Origin: Sphyrna mokarran
Taxonomy: Eukaryota
DNA: 64,000 nucleotides
Assembly: GCA_024679065.1 (NCBI GenBank)
Contig: JAGIQG010000009.1
Coordinates: forward strand, 102,734,001 to 102,798,000
Reading direction: 5' to 3'
Shown: piece after piece, positions 52,169-64,000 of the stretch
How the letters are laid out: the number at the start of each line of letters is the position of its first letter
How positions within the stretch are numbered: position 1 is the stretch's first letter
Notes under the pieces: generated by a model
Told to the model about the DNA's origin: nothing
The model's input: only the letters and a program-made list of their open reading frames with translations
Database searches by the model: none
Position numbers and translations under genes: made by a program

Positions 52169-54944
52169 GTAAGTGTTTTCAGTAGCTCACCTTTCAGTGC
52201 ATTCACTGCTTAAGAACTAGCTCAGAAGAGGAACTTGAATATGCTAGGCCTTAGAGAAGGCGATGGCCTAGTGGTATTATCACTAGATTATTAAATCCAG
52301 AAACACAGTTAATGTTCTGGGAACCTGGGTTTGAATCCCTCCACAGCAATTGATCAAATTTGAATTCAATTAAAAGAAAATCTTGAATTAATTGACCATT
52401 GTTGATTGTTGGAAAAACCCATCTGGCTCACTAATGTTCTTTAGAGAAGGAAATCTGCCAACCTTACCTGGTCTGGCCTACATATGACTCCAGAGACAAA
52501 GCAATGTAGTTGACTCTCAACTGTCCTCAGGCAACTGGGGCAGTTGACCAGTCAGTGACAGGCACGCCTCATGAATGAATGAAAAAGAGAAGTTCTCCCT
52601 CAGTGTACCTGAATAGGCACCGGAGTGTGGCGACAAGAGAATTTTCCCAGTGATGTTGCAGTGTTAGTGTAGCCAATTTGTGGTACTAATAAATAAACTT
52701 AAAAAAAACTTATCTTACACATTCATTAGCCCCCACGTCCGTTCACCCAATAGAATGTCTGTGATCTGAGTCTTACGCATTTCAATTCAGTTGTTTTGTG
52801 TCCTGTAAAACATTTCACTGGTTTCAGATAGCTGTGTTTCACAGGCTCTGATTTTAAGACAATGTTATCTGGATGAATTGGTGATTGCTCATTTCATGCC
52901 AGATTAAACTGAATCATTGATCGCTCAGAAAATAAATGGAACCTTAAAGTTTTGAGTTCATTCCCTTCCCGTTGTTGTTGCCCTATCTGTCATCCTGGCT
53001 GGAATCCCTCAGGAAATGTGATTCAGTTATCCATTGATTTAATGTGTTCCTCAGTTTCAGTCTATTGGGAGTTTTTTGATGGGGGAAAGTCTGTGATAGG
53101 GAGAGGTGAACACTATCAGGATTGAGATTGTACATGTTTTATGCCAGTGGATGGCCTTTATTTAATGAATCTCAAAAATGTTACTAATGAACTAGATACA
53201 GCGGAGAGTGGAGGTACACTGCAGAAGTGAAAGATTCTAGTGAAGTTATTCTGTGGCAATGGATTTCATTAGAATGCTGAGGGGTTGTCAGGGTACAGTG
53301 GTTAGCACTGCTACCATGAAGCGCCAGGAACCTGTGTTTGATGCCCACCCCAGGTCACTATCTATGCAGAATTTGTACACATTCTCCCCGTGTCTGCAGA
53401 GGGGAGCATGTGTCCAGTTTCCTCTCACGGTCTAGAAGATGTGCTGGTTAGGTGCATTGGCCATGCTAAATTCTTCCTCAGTGTACCGGAGTGTGGCAAC
53501 TGGCGATTTTCACAATAACTTCAATGCCCTGTTAACCTAAGCCTGTGACACGAATAAATAAAGTCAACCGAGACTGTTGAATTCTGCCCAGAAGGAGGAG
53601 GTGTGGGAGGTTTAGTAACATGTCACTAGCATCAGGCTAACTGAGGAAAAGATGAAACTGTGCAGCGCGGGAATTCTGTTTCTTACACACAACCTGGAAT
53701 AGAATCATACACGGCAGAAGCACCCCTTTGGCCCACTGAATCTGCACCAACACATAAGAGACACTTGACCTCCCCCCTAACCCCATCTGCCAGCAATTGG
53801 CCCAGAGCCTTGAATGTTACGATGTGCCAAATGCTCATCCTGATACTCTTTAAAAGGATGTGAGCAAACCATCTCTACCACCTCCCAAACTACCTTAATG
53901 TGGAGAAGGCTCAAGGAACTGAATGGCCCTATTCTTCCTTTTTAACCATGATTACATACCAAGATCTTGAATTGCGGGGTTAGATTTAATTTTATTTGTA
54001 GAAATTATAGAAACCCTATAGTGCAGAAGGAGGTCATTCAGTCCATTGAGTCTATACCAACAACAACATCCCCACCCCAGGTCCTATTCCTACAACCCCC
54101 ACATATTTATTCTGCTAATCCCTCTAACCTACACATCCTATTTAGCATGGCCAATCAACCTAAGCCGCACATCTAAGGACTGTGGGAGGAAACTGGAGCA
54201 CTTGGAAGAATGTGCAGACACCACACAGACAGTGACTCAAGCCAGGAATCAAAGCCAGGTCCCTGGAGCTGAGGCAGCAGTGCTTGTCACTGTGCTGCAC
54301 TAGAACCCGCAACATTTATTGCCCATTTTTCGTTGTCCTTGTTCAGAGGGCACTTGAGAGTCAACTGCATCGCTGTGGCTCTGGAGTCACATATAGGACA
54401 GACCAGGTAAGAACAGCAGATTTCTTTCTCTGAAGGACATTAGGGATCCAGTTGGGCTTTTCCAACAATCGGCAATGTTTCACGGTCATCAGTAGGTTCT
54501 TAATTCCAGATATGTTTTTGTATTGAATTCACCATCTGTGTGATGGGATTTGAAAGCATGTCTTAACTGAGTTTCTGGATTAATAGTGTAGCGATAATAC
54601 CACTAGGCTGTCACCTTCTCCAGCTCTTTTCTAGCCATGACTGAACAGTTTCGTCCTCAGCTGCGTGGACAAGTGGATATGTATTTATTTTCCTATGGGA
54701 GGAAGGAGAAGCAAAGGGAGGGGAAATTTGCGAAGGAAGCTGAAAGTGTTGGAATGTGTTAAAGGAAAAGATAAAACTATGTGCTCTTCAGGAATTCTTT
54801 TTTTTTACACACGACCAGGAATCTATCAGGCAGTGCAGAGGAGACCTTTCTAGTGAGCCCCGTCACTCCCATCTAATCCCATCTGCCCATATTGGCCCAA
54901 TTGGCCCATAACCTTGAACATTATGATGTGTCAAGTGCTTATGC

Positions 54945-57600
54945 AAATAGTGATCACAACTCTGTCTGCTTTAGGATATTAATGGAAAAGGATGAGACCT
55001 ACCCAAAAGGGAAGGTATTTAACTGAGGGAGGGCTAGATACAGCCAGATTAGGCAAGATCTTAAAGATACCGACTGGGATAAGCTTTTTGAGGGCAGGTC
55101 GACGAGGTACATGTGGGAGTCTTTCAAGGGAAAACTAAACTCTCTGCAGGAAAGATACGTGCTGGCAAGGAGGAAGGATGGGAAAGGTAGGATTAGAGAA
55201 CCGTGGCTTATCAGGGATATTGAGGACTTGATCAGGAAGAAGCGAGAGGCTTACATTAGATCTAGGCAACTGGGGACTGAGACAGCACTGGAAGCTTATA
55301 GAGAATGTAGACGGGATCTTAAAAGGGGTGTTAGAAAGGCAAAAAGCGGCCACGAAGTGGCTCTGGCAGGTAGGATTAAGGAAAATCCTAAGGCATTTTA
55401 CTCCTATGTAAGGAGCAAAAGGATGGTTAGAGGCAAGATTGGACCTCTCAGGGACAGAGGAGGGGATCTATGCTTAGAGTCTGAGGGAATGAGGGAGATC
55501 CTGAATGAATACTTTGCGTCGGTATTCATGCAGGAGACTGGCCAGATGTCTGTTGCTGATTTTGACAAAGTTGAGGATCCGTTGAGGGAAATAAAGATTA
55601 CGAGGAAAGAGGTGTTGGGGCTGTTAGGCAGCTTAAAGACATATAAAGCTCCGGGGCCTGATGGCATTTACCCCAGGCTGCTAAGGGAGTTGAGGGAAGA
55701 CCTGGCTGGGCCTCTGACGCAAATCTTTGTCTCTTCCTTGGACACAGGTGAGGTCCCAGAGGACTGGAGGATAGCAAACGTAGTACCGTTGTTTAAAAAA
55801 GGTCAGAGGGATCACCCAGGGAACTATAGGCCGGTGAGCTTGACTTCAGTTATAGGTAAGCTAATGGAGAGGATCCTTAGGGACAGGATGTATGAGCATC
55901 TGGAGCGCTGCGACCTGATCAGGGATACGCAGCATGGCTTCGTCAAGGGGAAGTCTTGTCTTACAAATCTAGTGGAATTTTTTGAAGAAGTGACAAAAAC
56001 AGTTGATGAAGGACATGCTGTTGATGTCGTCTACATGGATTTCAGTAAGGCGTTTGACAAGGTTCCTCATGGTAGACTGATAGAGAAGGTGAAGGCGCAT
56101 GGGATACAGGGCCGGGTATGTAGATGGGTCGAGAACTGGCTCGGGAGGAGGAGACAGAGGGTAGTAGTGGAAGGCTCTTTTTCCGACTGGAAGCCTGTCA
56201 CTAGTGGAGTGCCACAAGGCTCAGTACTAGGTCCTCTTCTATTTGTGGTTTACATAAACGACTTGGAAGTTGGGGTAGGTGGTGAGATCAGCAAATTTGC
56301 TGATGACACTAAGATGCTTGGATTGGCGGGTACAGAAGAGCAGTGCCAGGCAATACAACAGGACATAGACAGGTTGGTAGACTGGGCAGATAGATGGCAA
56401 ATGGAATTTAATCCGGATAAATGCGAGGTGATGCATTTTGGCCGGAAAAATGTAGAAGAGAGTTATAGGATAAAAGGTAAAACTATTCGGAGTATAGAGA
56501 CGCAGAGAGACTTGGGGGTGCAGGTTCACAAGTCTCTGAAGGTGTCCTCACAGGTGGAGAAGGTGATAAAGAAAGCGTATAGTATGTTAGCTTTCATAGA
56601 AAAGGGTATAGAATACAAGAGTAGGAGTTTGATGTTGCAGTTGTATAGAACGTTGGTTAGGCCTCACTTGGAATACTGCGTCCAGTTCTGGTCGCCGTAC
56701 TATCGGAAGGATGTGGAGTCCTTGGAGAGAGTGCAGAGGAGGTTTACCAGGATGCTGCCTGGTATGGAAGGACTGTCTTATGAGGAACGATTGAATAGAC
56801 TGGGGTTGTTTTCCCTTGAAAGACGTCGGCTTAGAGGGGATCTAATAGAGGTGTATAAGATTATAAGGGGTATAGATAGAGTAAATGGTGGTAAACTTTT
56901 TCCACCTTCAGAAATGGATAGGACGAGGGGTCATGGCCTTAGGGTGAGGGGGGCTATGTATAAGACGAATATTAGAGGGCAGTTTTTCACACAAAGGGTA
57001 GTGGGGATGTGGAATGCACTGCCGAGTAAGGTGGTGGGAGCAGGCACGCTGGGGCTGTTTAAGGGTCTCTTGGACAGCCACATGAGCGGTATGCAGATAG
57101 AGGGGTATAGTAGGACTGTTTAACTATGGCTTTTTTTTTTCCACAGGTAATTCGGTCCGACTTGACCAACAAGGAGCATGCATTCGGCAGGTGGTGCGAG
57201 GACAGCTCTTGGATGTTGATTCATGGTTTGCCTGGTACTTCATGTCGTAAATGAGTGCTTTATCTGGACCATCTGAAGGGCACCATGACAGCTCAGTGAC
57301 TATCGCTGTAGCTGTGCAGACACTTGGAATTGGGCCGGTGTCTGTGGGAGTTTGCGCGTTCTCCCCGTGGTTGCATGGGTTTTCTCCGGGCGCTCCGGTT
57401 TCCTCCCACATCCCAAAAATTCGCTCTTAGGCTGATTGGGAAACAAATTGTCCCTATATTGAGATTCTTCATATTAGGAATAACCTAAAATTAGAATAGG
57501 AAAATGGAATTGTTACTATAAAGTTATGACGGCGGCGCGGGCTCGTTGGGCCGAAGGGCTTGTTTCCTGTGCTGTGTTGCTCTTCTTCTTCTTGCTCTTC
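54945..57600 (+). mobile_element. Young 5'-truncated CR1 LINE with uninterrupted 670-aa RT-containing ORF (55111-57123)
   Basis: KAPGPDG, NYRPVSLTSV, YMDFSKAFDKVPH, GVPQGSVLGP, FADD all intact; starts at the end of the endonuclease domain; (CTT)n-like tail. Confidence 0.96.
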
Positions 57601-59259
57601 TACTCTCTAAAAGATGTGAGGTAACCCGCCTCCGTCACCCTCCCAGGCAGCACATTCCAGGCCTTTGCCACCCTCTGAGAGAAAAGAGATTTTCCTCACA
57701 TTCCCCCATCCCCCCAAATCTCCTGCCCTTCAACTTGAATCTATGTCCCCTTCAACTATCGGGGAACAGCTGGTCCACATCCAGGGGTTGTCTCCCAAAT
57801 CAGGTCATTCTGAAAATACTAGTAAATTGTTGGTGAATTTATTATAAAGTGAAACATTGCTCTGTGGAATCATTGATCTTAATTTTAACCAGAGAACAGC
57901 GGAAGCTGGATGATTGAGAATCGATTTTTGACTGACAGTGGATGGATAGAAATATAGCGTTAAGATTGTGATCTGATTAACCACCTAAAGGTGGAGAAGG
58001 CTCAAGAAATTGAATGGCCCTATCCCTCTTTTTTTATGTTGTGGTTGTTTAAACATGCTTACGTACCATCGTCTTGAATTGTGAGATTAGACTTTGTTTT
58101 ATTCATAGAAATCACAGAAACACAACAGGGCAGAAGGAGGCTCTTCAGCCCATCGAGCCTACACTGACAACAACTCCACACCGAGCCCTATTCCCACAAC
58201 TTCACACATTTATCCCACTAATCCCTCTAACCCAAACATCCTGTTTAGCATGGCCAATCAACCTAACCCACATATCTTTGGAGTGTGGGAGGAAACCAGA
58301 GCAATCGGAGGAAACCCACGCAGAACGTGCAAACTCCGCACAGACAGTTACCCAAGGCAGGAATTGAACCCAAGTCCCTGGCTCTATGAGGCAGCACTGC
58401 CAACTACTGTGCCACCATACCACACTTGTGTGACTAGCGTGGCAGCATTTATTGACCATCTCTCATTGCCCTTGTTCAGAGGACAATTGAGAGTCAACCA
58501 CATTGCTGGAGCCACGTGTAGGCCAGACCAGGTAACGATGGCAGACTTCCTTCCCTAAAGACATTAGCGAACCAGTTGGGTTTTTCCAACAATAGACAAT
58601 AGTTTCATGGTCATCAGTAGGTTCTTAATTCCAGTTTTTTTTATTGAATTCACCATTTGCTATGGTGGGATTTGAACCTGGGGTCCCCAAACATTAGCTG
58701 AGTTTCTGGATTAATAGTCTAGCAATAATACCACTCAGCTGTGGCCTCCTCCAGCTCTTTTCTAGCCAGCCTAGATGTCATGACTGAATAGTTTCCTTCC
58801 TGACTGCGTGGACATGTGAGGAAGGAGCAGCAGAGGGAGGGGAAATTTGCAAAGGAAGTGAAAGTGCTAGAATATGTAAAAGACATATTGGAAATTTTGA
58901 TGGGAGGGAGTTTGACGGTGGTTTGCCAAGGTAACTTTGAAGCATTAGAGGGGATTAGAGAAAGTCGGGATGTAGTGGGATTTAATGAGAATTTTAAATT
59001 TAAGACGTTGAGGGACAGGACCCGATGCAGGTCTGTAAGGGTTGGACTTACGGGTGAGTGGAACGTAATGTCAGATAGGGGAGCCACGCTAGAGGTTAGA
59101 AAAACTGGTGGATGGAAGTTGCCTATACAGCATTGGCATAATGGAGTTTATGTGTGTGAGAGAGAGCTGATGGGTGAGGATTTCAACATCAGCTGGGCTA
59201 AAGCGGTTCCCGAGTTGGAGGGTTGACCATCTTTGCGATAGGATTTTGGCATCAGAAAA

Positions 59260-59760
59260 CTTGGCTTTAGTTATTGGAGTATTGTGTGCAGTTCTGATCA
59301 CCACACTACCAGAAGGATATCGATGCCTTGGGAGGGCGCATTGAAGGTCCACCAGGATGTTACCTGGTCTGGGGGGTTTTAGGTATGAGGATAATTTCAG
59401 ATTGTTTTCACACGAAAGACAGAAGCTGAAGGGTCTTCAAAACAACGAGACACTTAGATAGTGGGGCTAGTCAGAGGCTTTTTCCCAGGGTGAAAGGGTC
59501 TGCTGCAAGAGGGTACAGGTTTAAGGTGAGAGGTGGTAAGTTTAGGGGAGACATGTGGGGAAAATTTTTCACACAGCGAGTGGTGGGTGCGAGGAACGCA
59601 CTGCCAATGGAAGTGGTAAAAGCAGCCACGTTAGCAATGTTCAAGCTCCTGATAGATCCTGATACAATGGAAGGCGAATAGAGAGATAGAAACTGCTTAT
59701 TGCTGCAGGCTTAATGGGCTGAAGAGTTTGTTCCTGTGGTATATTGTACTTTGTTGTGTT
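59260..59760 (+). mobile_element. Old CR1 3' fragment
   Basis: LEYCVQF...RGYRFKVRGGKFRGDMWGKFFTQRVVG and CR1 tail. Confidence 0.75.
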
Positions 59761-59861
59761 CTGAACAGTTATGTAGCAGTGAATGAGCGAGCTGTTTTTG
59801 GTTAATCACTTTTGAGGTAAAGTCTCATGCTCAGACCTGTTTATTTAACTCCCTCCCACAG

Positions 59862-60116
59862 AATCACTGTTAGAACTTTTCATCAGTGAAACTAGCAAGA
59901 ATGGTACAACCAAGTTAACCTGCCAGGTGTCTGCAGCAGAAGCAAGTTCTATTCTGTGGAGGAAAGATGATAAAGTGATAACAAATGATCAACATTATCG
60001 ATTAGTGGAAAGCAACAGCACGCTGATTGTCTCTGGAGCCAACTATGGCATCTACGTTTGTACAATGGAAAATCTTGTTAGCACGGACAGCAGTTCACAT
60101 ATTCTCACATTTTACA
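59862..60116 (+). pseudogene. IgSF gene 2, C2 exon (open, but downstream of a broken V exon)
   Basis: ccctcccacag| acceptor, A|GTGAGT donor; KLTCQVSAAEASSILWRKD...GIYVCTMENLVS; 3-codon deletion relative to gene 1. Confidence 0.85.
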
Positions 60117-62364
60117 GTGAGTCAAGCCAGGGGAGTCAATTGCTTTAATATTTTTAGTAAAACAATGTTCCGCTAACTTGCCTTAAATTCAGGTTCACTA
60201 AAGAGTTCAATTTGGGAATAATATTGTATATTAAGCAGCACTGTGACACAATGATGAGCATTGCTGCCTCCCGGCACCAGGGTCCTGGGTTCGATTCCTG
60301 GTTTGGGTGGTTCTCTGTGTGGAGTTTGCACATTCGCCCCATGTCTGCGTGGTTTCTTCTGGGTGCTCAGGTTTCCTCCCACACTCTAAAGATGTGCAGG
60401 GGAGGTGAATTGGCCATGGGAAATTGCCCTTTTGTGTCAAAGGGGTTAGCAGGGTAAATACATGCAGTCACAGGAATAAGGTGAGATTGTTACTGATGTA
60501 GGTTTGATGGACCGAATGCGCCCCTCTTGCATTGTAGGGATTCTGTGACTCTGTTATATTTCAGGACAGAACGAAAGACTGGGATGGAAAATCACAAACT
60601 GCTAGTGCACGATTTCCCAATGTACACTCAGGCCGTAAGGTACAAGTGCAGAAGAAAGCCATTCAGCCCATTGGGTCTGCTACACTATTCAGTGAAATCA
60701 GGACTGACCTGATGTGATAAATCCTCAACTCCATTTTCCGCCTTATCCCCGTAACCCTCGATACCTTTACTGATTAAAAATCTGTCAATCTCAGCCTTGA
60801 ACATACTTAACAACACAGTTTGTGAATTTTACAGATTCACTACATTCTGAGAAAAGAAATTCCTCCCCAGCTCTGCCTCTGATATTATGCTCTCTGGTCC
60901 TAGACTGTCCCACAAGGGGAAGCAAGCTCTCAGCATTGTGTCTCATTTGGCAGCTAGTTTGAGCTTGAACGCTCTGGATCCAATGCCCAGAACTTGATAG
61001 CCACAGACATTGTGCAACAGATTTGGAAACCACCCTGAAAATTATTGTCATGTCTCCTGCACAATTTCCCAAGGAGAAAAAAAAACAAGTGAATTTACAG
61101 AACAAGCCAGTAATATACACATTTACTGAGAGTGGAAAGTCTCACTTTTAAGTATGTTGTTTTCTTCAGATTGCAGGCAATTTGCTCAATGTGGAAAATG
61201 AAGCACTGATAAACTCCTGATCGTGGAGCCAAAGTATATTCAGAGAATCATAGAATCCCTGCAGTGCAGAAGGAAGCCATTCAGCCCATTGAGTCAGCAC
61301 CAACTGTCCATGGTGCAGATACAGGAAGAACATGCAGACTCCACGCAGACAGGCAATAACCCGAGGCTGCAATTGAACTCGGGCTCTTGGCATTGAGACA
61401 GCAGTGCCAATCACTGTGCCATCATACATTAATAACATCAGCTCATTCCCTGCCTCCTGGTACCAGCAGTCCTGCACAACAAATGTGCTTTTGACCAACC
61501 TCGCCACATCAAACCCCTCTGGTTCATTTTTCCCCTCAGCAGGGTCGCACCGTTTCTGATGTTCAGCAAGGATGTTTATATTTCTGTACACTCTGCCAAG
61601 CTGGTCTTATGCCTTTTACTGGCAGACGCCTCATTAAATACTATCTGCTGCTTTGTTATCTCTCTACAGAGATATTCAAATTGCTAGGAAAAAGCTGGGA
61701 AAGCCGACGACCGAGACTATTAATCCCGAAGCTCAACGAATGTTCTGAGGACTGGGATTCAAATCTTGCCACGGCAGATGGTGGAATTTAAATTTAATTA
61801 AATAAAGTATGAATCGACTGATGACCATGAAATAAAGTGTCAGAAAATCCCACCTTGTTCACTAGAGTCCTTTAGAGAAGGAAATCTGCCATCCTTACCT
61901 GGCCTGGCCTGCATGTGACCCCAGAGCCACAGCAATGTGGTTGATTCTCAACTGATTCTCAATTAGTGGTGGACATTAAATGCTGGCCAGCAAGTAACGC
62001 CCACTTATCACTAATAAAGCTTTTAAAAAATCCGCTTGCACCGATCCCACAGAGAATCAGTATCTGTAACAAATCTATTGTTCCTGATTTTTGTTTATGG
62101 AAATTCATGCATCCACTGGGTCAAGGATCACTCATCTTTTTTAAGCTCCACAGTCAACTTGACTTCCCTTCCTGTGATCTGGGGAAGCAGACGGTAAGGG
62201 TAAGGCCTCATTCACTGCCAGCCCTCAAGAAGAGGTGAGTACTGCTGAGGAATCCAGGTAACAGGCTAGGATATCTGATGCGTGATGGGTGGGGGGGGGG
62301 GGGGTGGGGGGGGGGGGGTGGAGAGTGGGGAGGGGGTTGGTGTTGTTTTCTTTTCTTTATGTAG

Positions 62365-62930
62365 TGATGCCGGCGTTGGACTGGAGTAAACTCAGTAAAG
62401 TTTCACAACACCAATTTTAAATCCAACCAATTTATTTGATAGTAAATTCGCGAGCTTTCGACACTATGGCCTTCGTCAGGCAAATGCAGTGTTCTGGTCT
62501 GCAATAGCACTCATACCAACAAGACATCATAGATTGCTGATTAGAATGCGAATCCTTACATCTAACCTGCCATTCAAGTGTTAAAGTGGCTAACAATGTG
62601 TGTGAAGGGAATCCTGAGCATTGGTTAGAGAATTGTGTATTTTCCCCATTCAGCACAGTAAGTGAGGTTTTTTGCTAACCCAGGCAAGTTACGGGGGTTT
62701 CAGATAGTGTGTCATGAAGCCAAGATCCCTATTAAGACCGTCCTCGTGTGTGCGGAACTTGGCTATCAGTCTCTGCTCAACGACTCTGCGCTGTCGTGTG
62801 TCACGAAGGCCCCCTTGAAGAACATTTACCCGCAGGTTGGAGGCCGAATGCCCATGACTGCTGAAGTGTTCGCCCACAGGAAGGGAACTGTTTTGCCTGG
62901 TGATTGTTGAGTGATGCTCATTCATCCGCT
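62365..62930 (-). mobile_element. Penelope-like 3' fragment, same subfamily as 1256-2397
   Basis: MNEHHSTITRQNSSLPVGEHF...GLNRDLGFMTHYL nearly identical to the left copy. Confidence 0.9.
62446..62485 (-). ncRNA. Minimal hammerhead ribozyme, second copy
   Basis: Reverse complement ATTTGC-CTGACGA-A-GGCC(ATAG)TGTC-GAAA-GC-TC-GCGAAT; core intact, wobble changes in the stems. Confidence 0.65.
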
Positions 62931-63479
62931 GCTTTTCTTTAGCCAGTGAAGTTCTAGAGCTTTGACGATCCGGCGGCCCCTGTTATTGACTCCGAACAGT
63001 ACTTTTGCAGGGGGGAGGAGGAGCAGAGATCCAGCATCAGTTATCAGATTCCCCCAGAATGAAATTCCCCCACATTTGCAGTCACTTTTTCTAGAGGTGG
63101 GTTTGCCCAACTGGAAAGGTTTCCAGTTCTCCCTACAGACTCTGGGATAGAAATCCATCCTGAAAGCTCACGTTTCAGCTGAGCAACTTAATTTAACTTA
63201 GTAATTCTGAAACTTCCACAATTATCTCATTTATAATATATAACATATCTTACTCATTTTGGCCTCACCGCAAGTGTAAACATTTTATCACTTAATCAAA
63301 TAGTCACAGTTCTTTCTGGTAAATATAACTTTCAAATTCTGATTTAATTATTGTGAATGTTTAATGCACTTTCATGAGTGCCCCCTATCATTTTTATGAA
63401 TGCAAGAGTGAACAGTCATGTCCTGTAATCAAGTTTTGATACTAGTTTAATATAACTTCTTAGCTTTTCAATTTGATTT

Positions 63480-64000
63480 TGATTTGACTTCATTTATTAT
63501 TGTCACATATTAGTATAGAGTGAAAAGTAGTGTTTCTTCTCGCTATACAAATAAAGCACACCTTACATAGAGAAGGAAAGGAGACAGATGTTACATCATA
63601 GCTAGGATGTAGTGAAAGATCCATCCATTCAAAGTCTGATGGCAATAGGGAAGAAGCTGTTCTTGAGCCGGTTGGTACTTGAGCTCAAACTTTTTCCTGA
63701 TGGAAGAAGGTGGAAGAGAATACGTCCAGGAGGTTCTTGATTATGCTGGCTGCTTTTCGGAGGCTATGGGAAATGTAGACAGAGTCATTGGATGGAAGGC
63801 TGGTTTGCGTGGTGGACTGGGCTTCATTCGTGATCTTTTATAGTTTCTTGCGGTCTTGAAGCAGGTGCCATTCCAAGCACTGATACAACCAGAGAGAATG
63901 CTTTCTATAGTGCATTTGTGAAAATTGGTGAGAGTCATAGCTGACATGCCAAATTTCCTTAGTCTCTGAAAAAAGTAGAGGCGTTGGTGGACTTTCCTAA
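63480..64000 (-). mobile_element. Rex1/Babar-type LINE 3' fragment
   Basis: TLTNFHKCTIESILSGCISAWNG motif; related tails at about 11620-11960 and 14790-15160. Confidence 0.7.

Noticed and set aside
55111-57123. Autonomous active LINE or host RT gene
   Set aside because: Lacks 5' UTR, ORF1 and most of the endonuclease, with an in-frame TGA at about 55024; it is a young dead-on-arrival copy.
62288-62340. G-rich tract as functional G-quadruplex
   Set aside because: Simple homopolymer run next to a Penelope end, with no evidence of function and unreliable length.
1256-62930. Inverted near-identical Penelope copies (and inverted CR1 pair at 13 and 57 kb) as ends of a composite transposon
   Set aside because: Different truncation points, no shared target-site duplication, and the families are abundant enough for chance placement.

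Overview
Eukaryotic, repeat-rich vertebrate DNA, almost certainly from a shark/elasmobranch (CR1/HER1-type LINEs, tRNA-derived V-domain SINEs, Deu-type SINEs, Penelope-like elements, plus Tx1, Rex-Babar and Gypsy relics). Between the repeats, on the + strand, lie two tandem paralogous immunoglobulin-superfamily loci of the CD2/SLAM/CD58-like type (cysteine-less V-set domain + C2 domain with an NPVS motif). Gene 1 looks intact: V exon 24701-25006, C2 exon 29955-30233, TM exon 35873-35962, tail exon 37021-37095. Gene 2 (V 51881-52168, C2 59862-60116) is a frameshifted pseudogene. Main observations: (1) four, perhaps five, signal-peptide-only first exons (8.6-22.3 kb) upstream of a single receptor body, two intact and two or three disabled; (2) a possible GPI-versus-transmembrane splice switch and an A10 tract in the tail; (3) about ten minimal, dimer-type hammerhead ribozyme motifs in Penelope termini, one with an intact core; (4) two young CR1 subfamilies whose 3' end is a splice acceptor followed by a captured V-SINE. 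Repeat boundaries are read by eye and approximate; exon boundaries were counted base by base.
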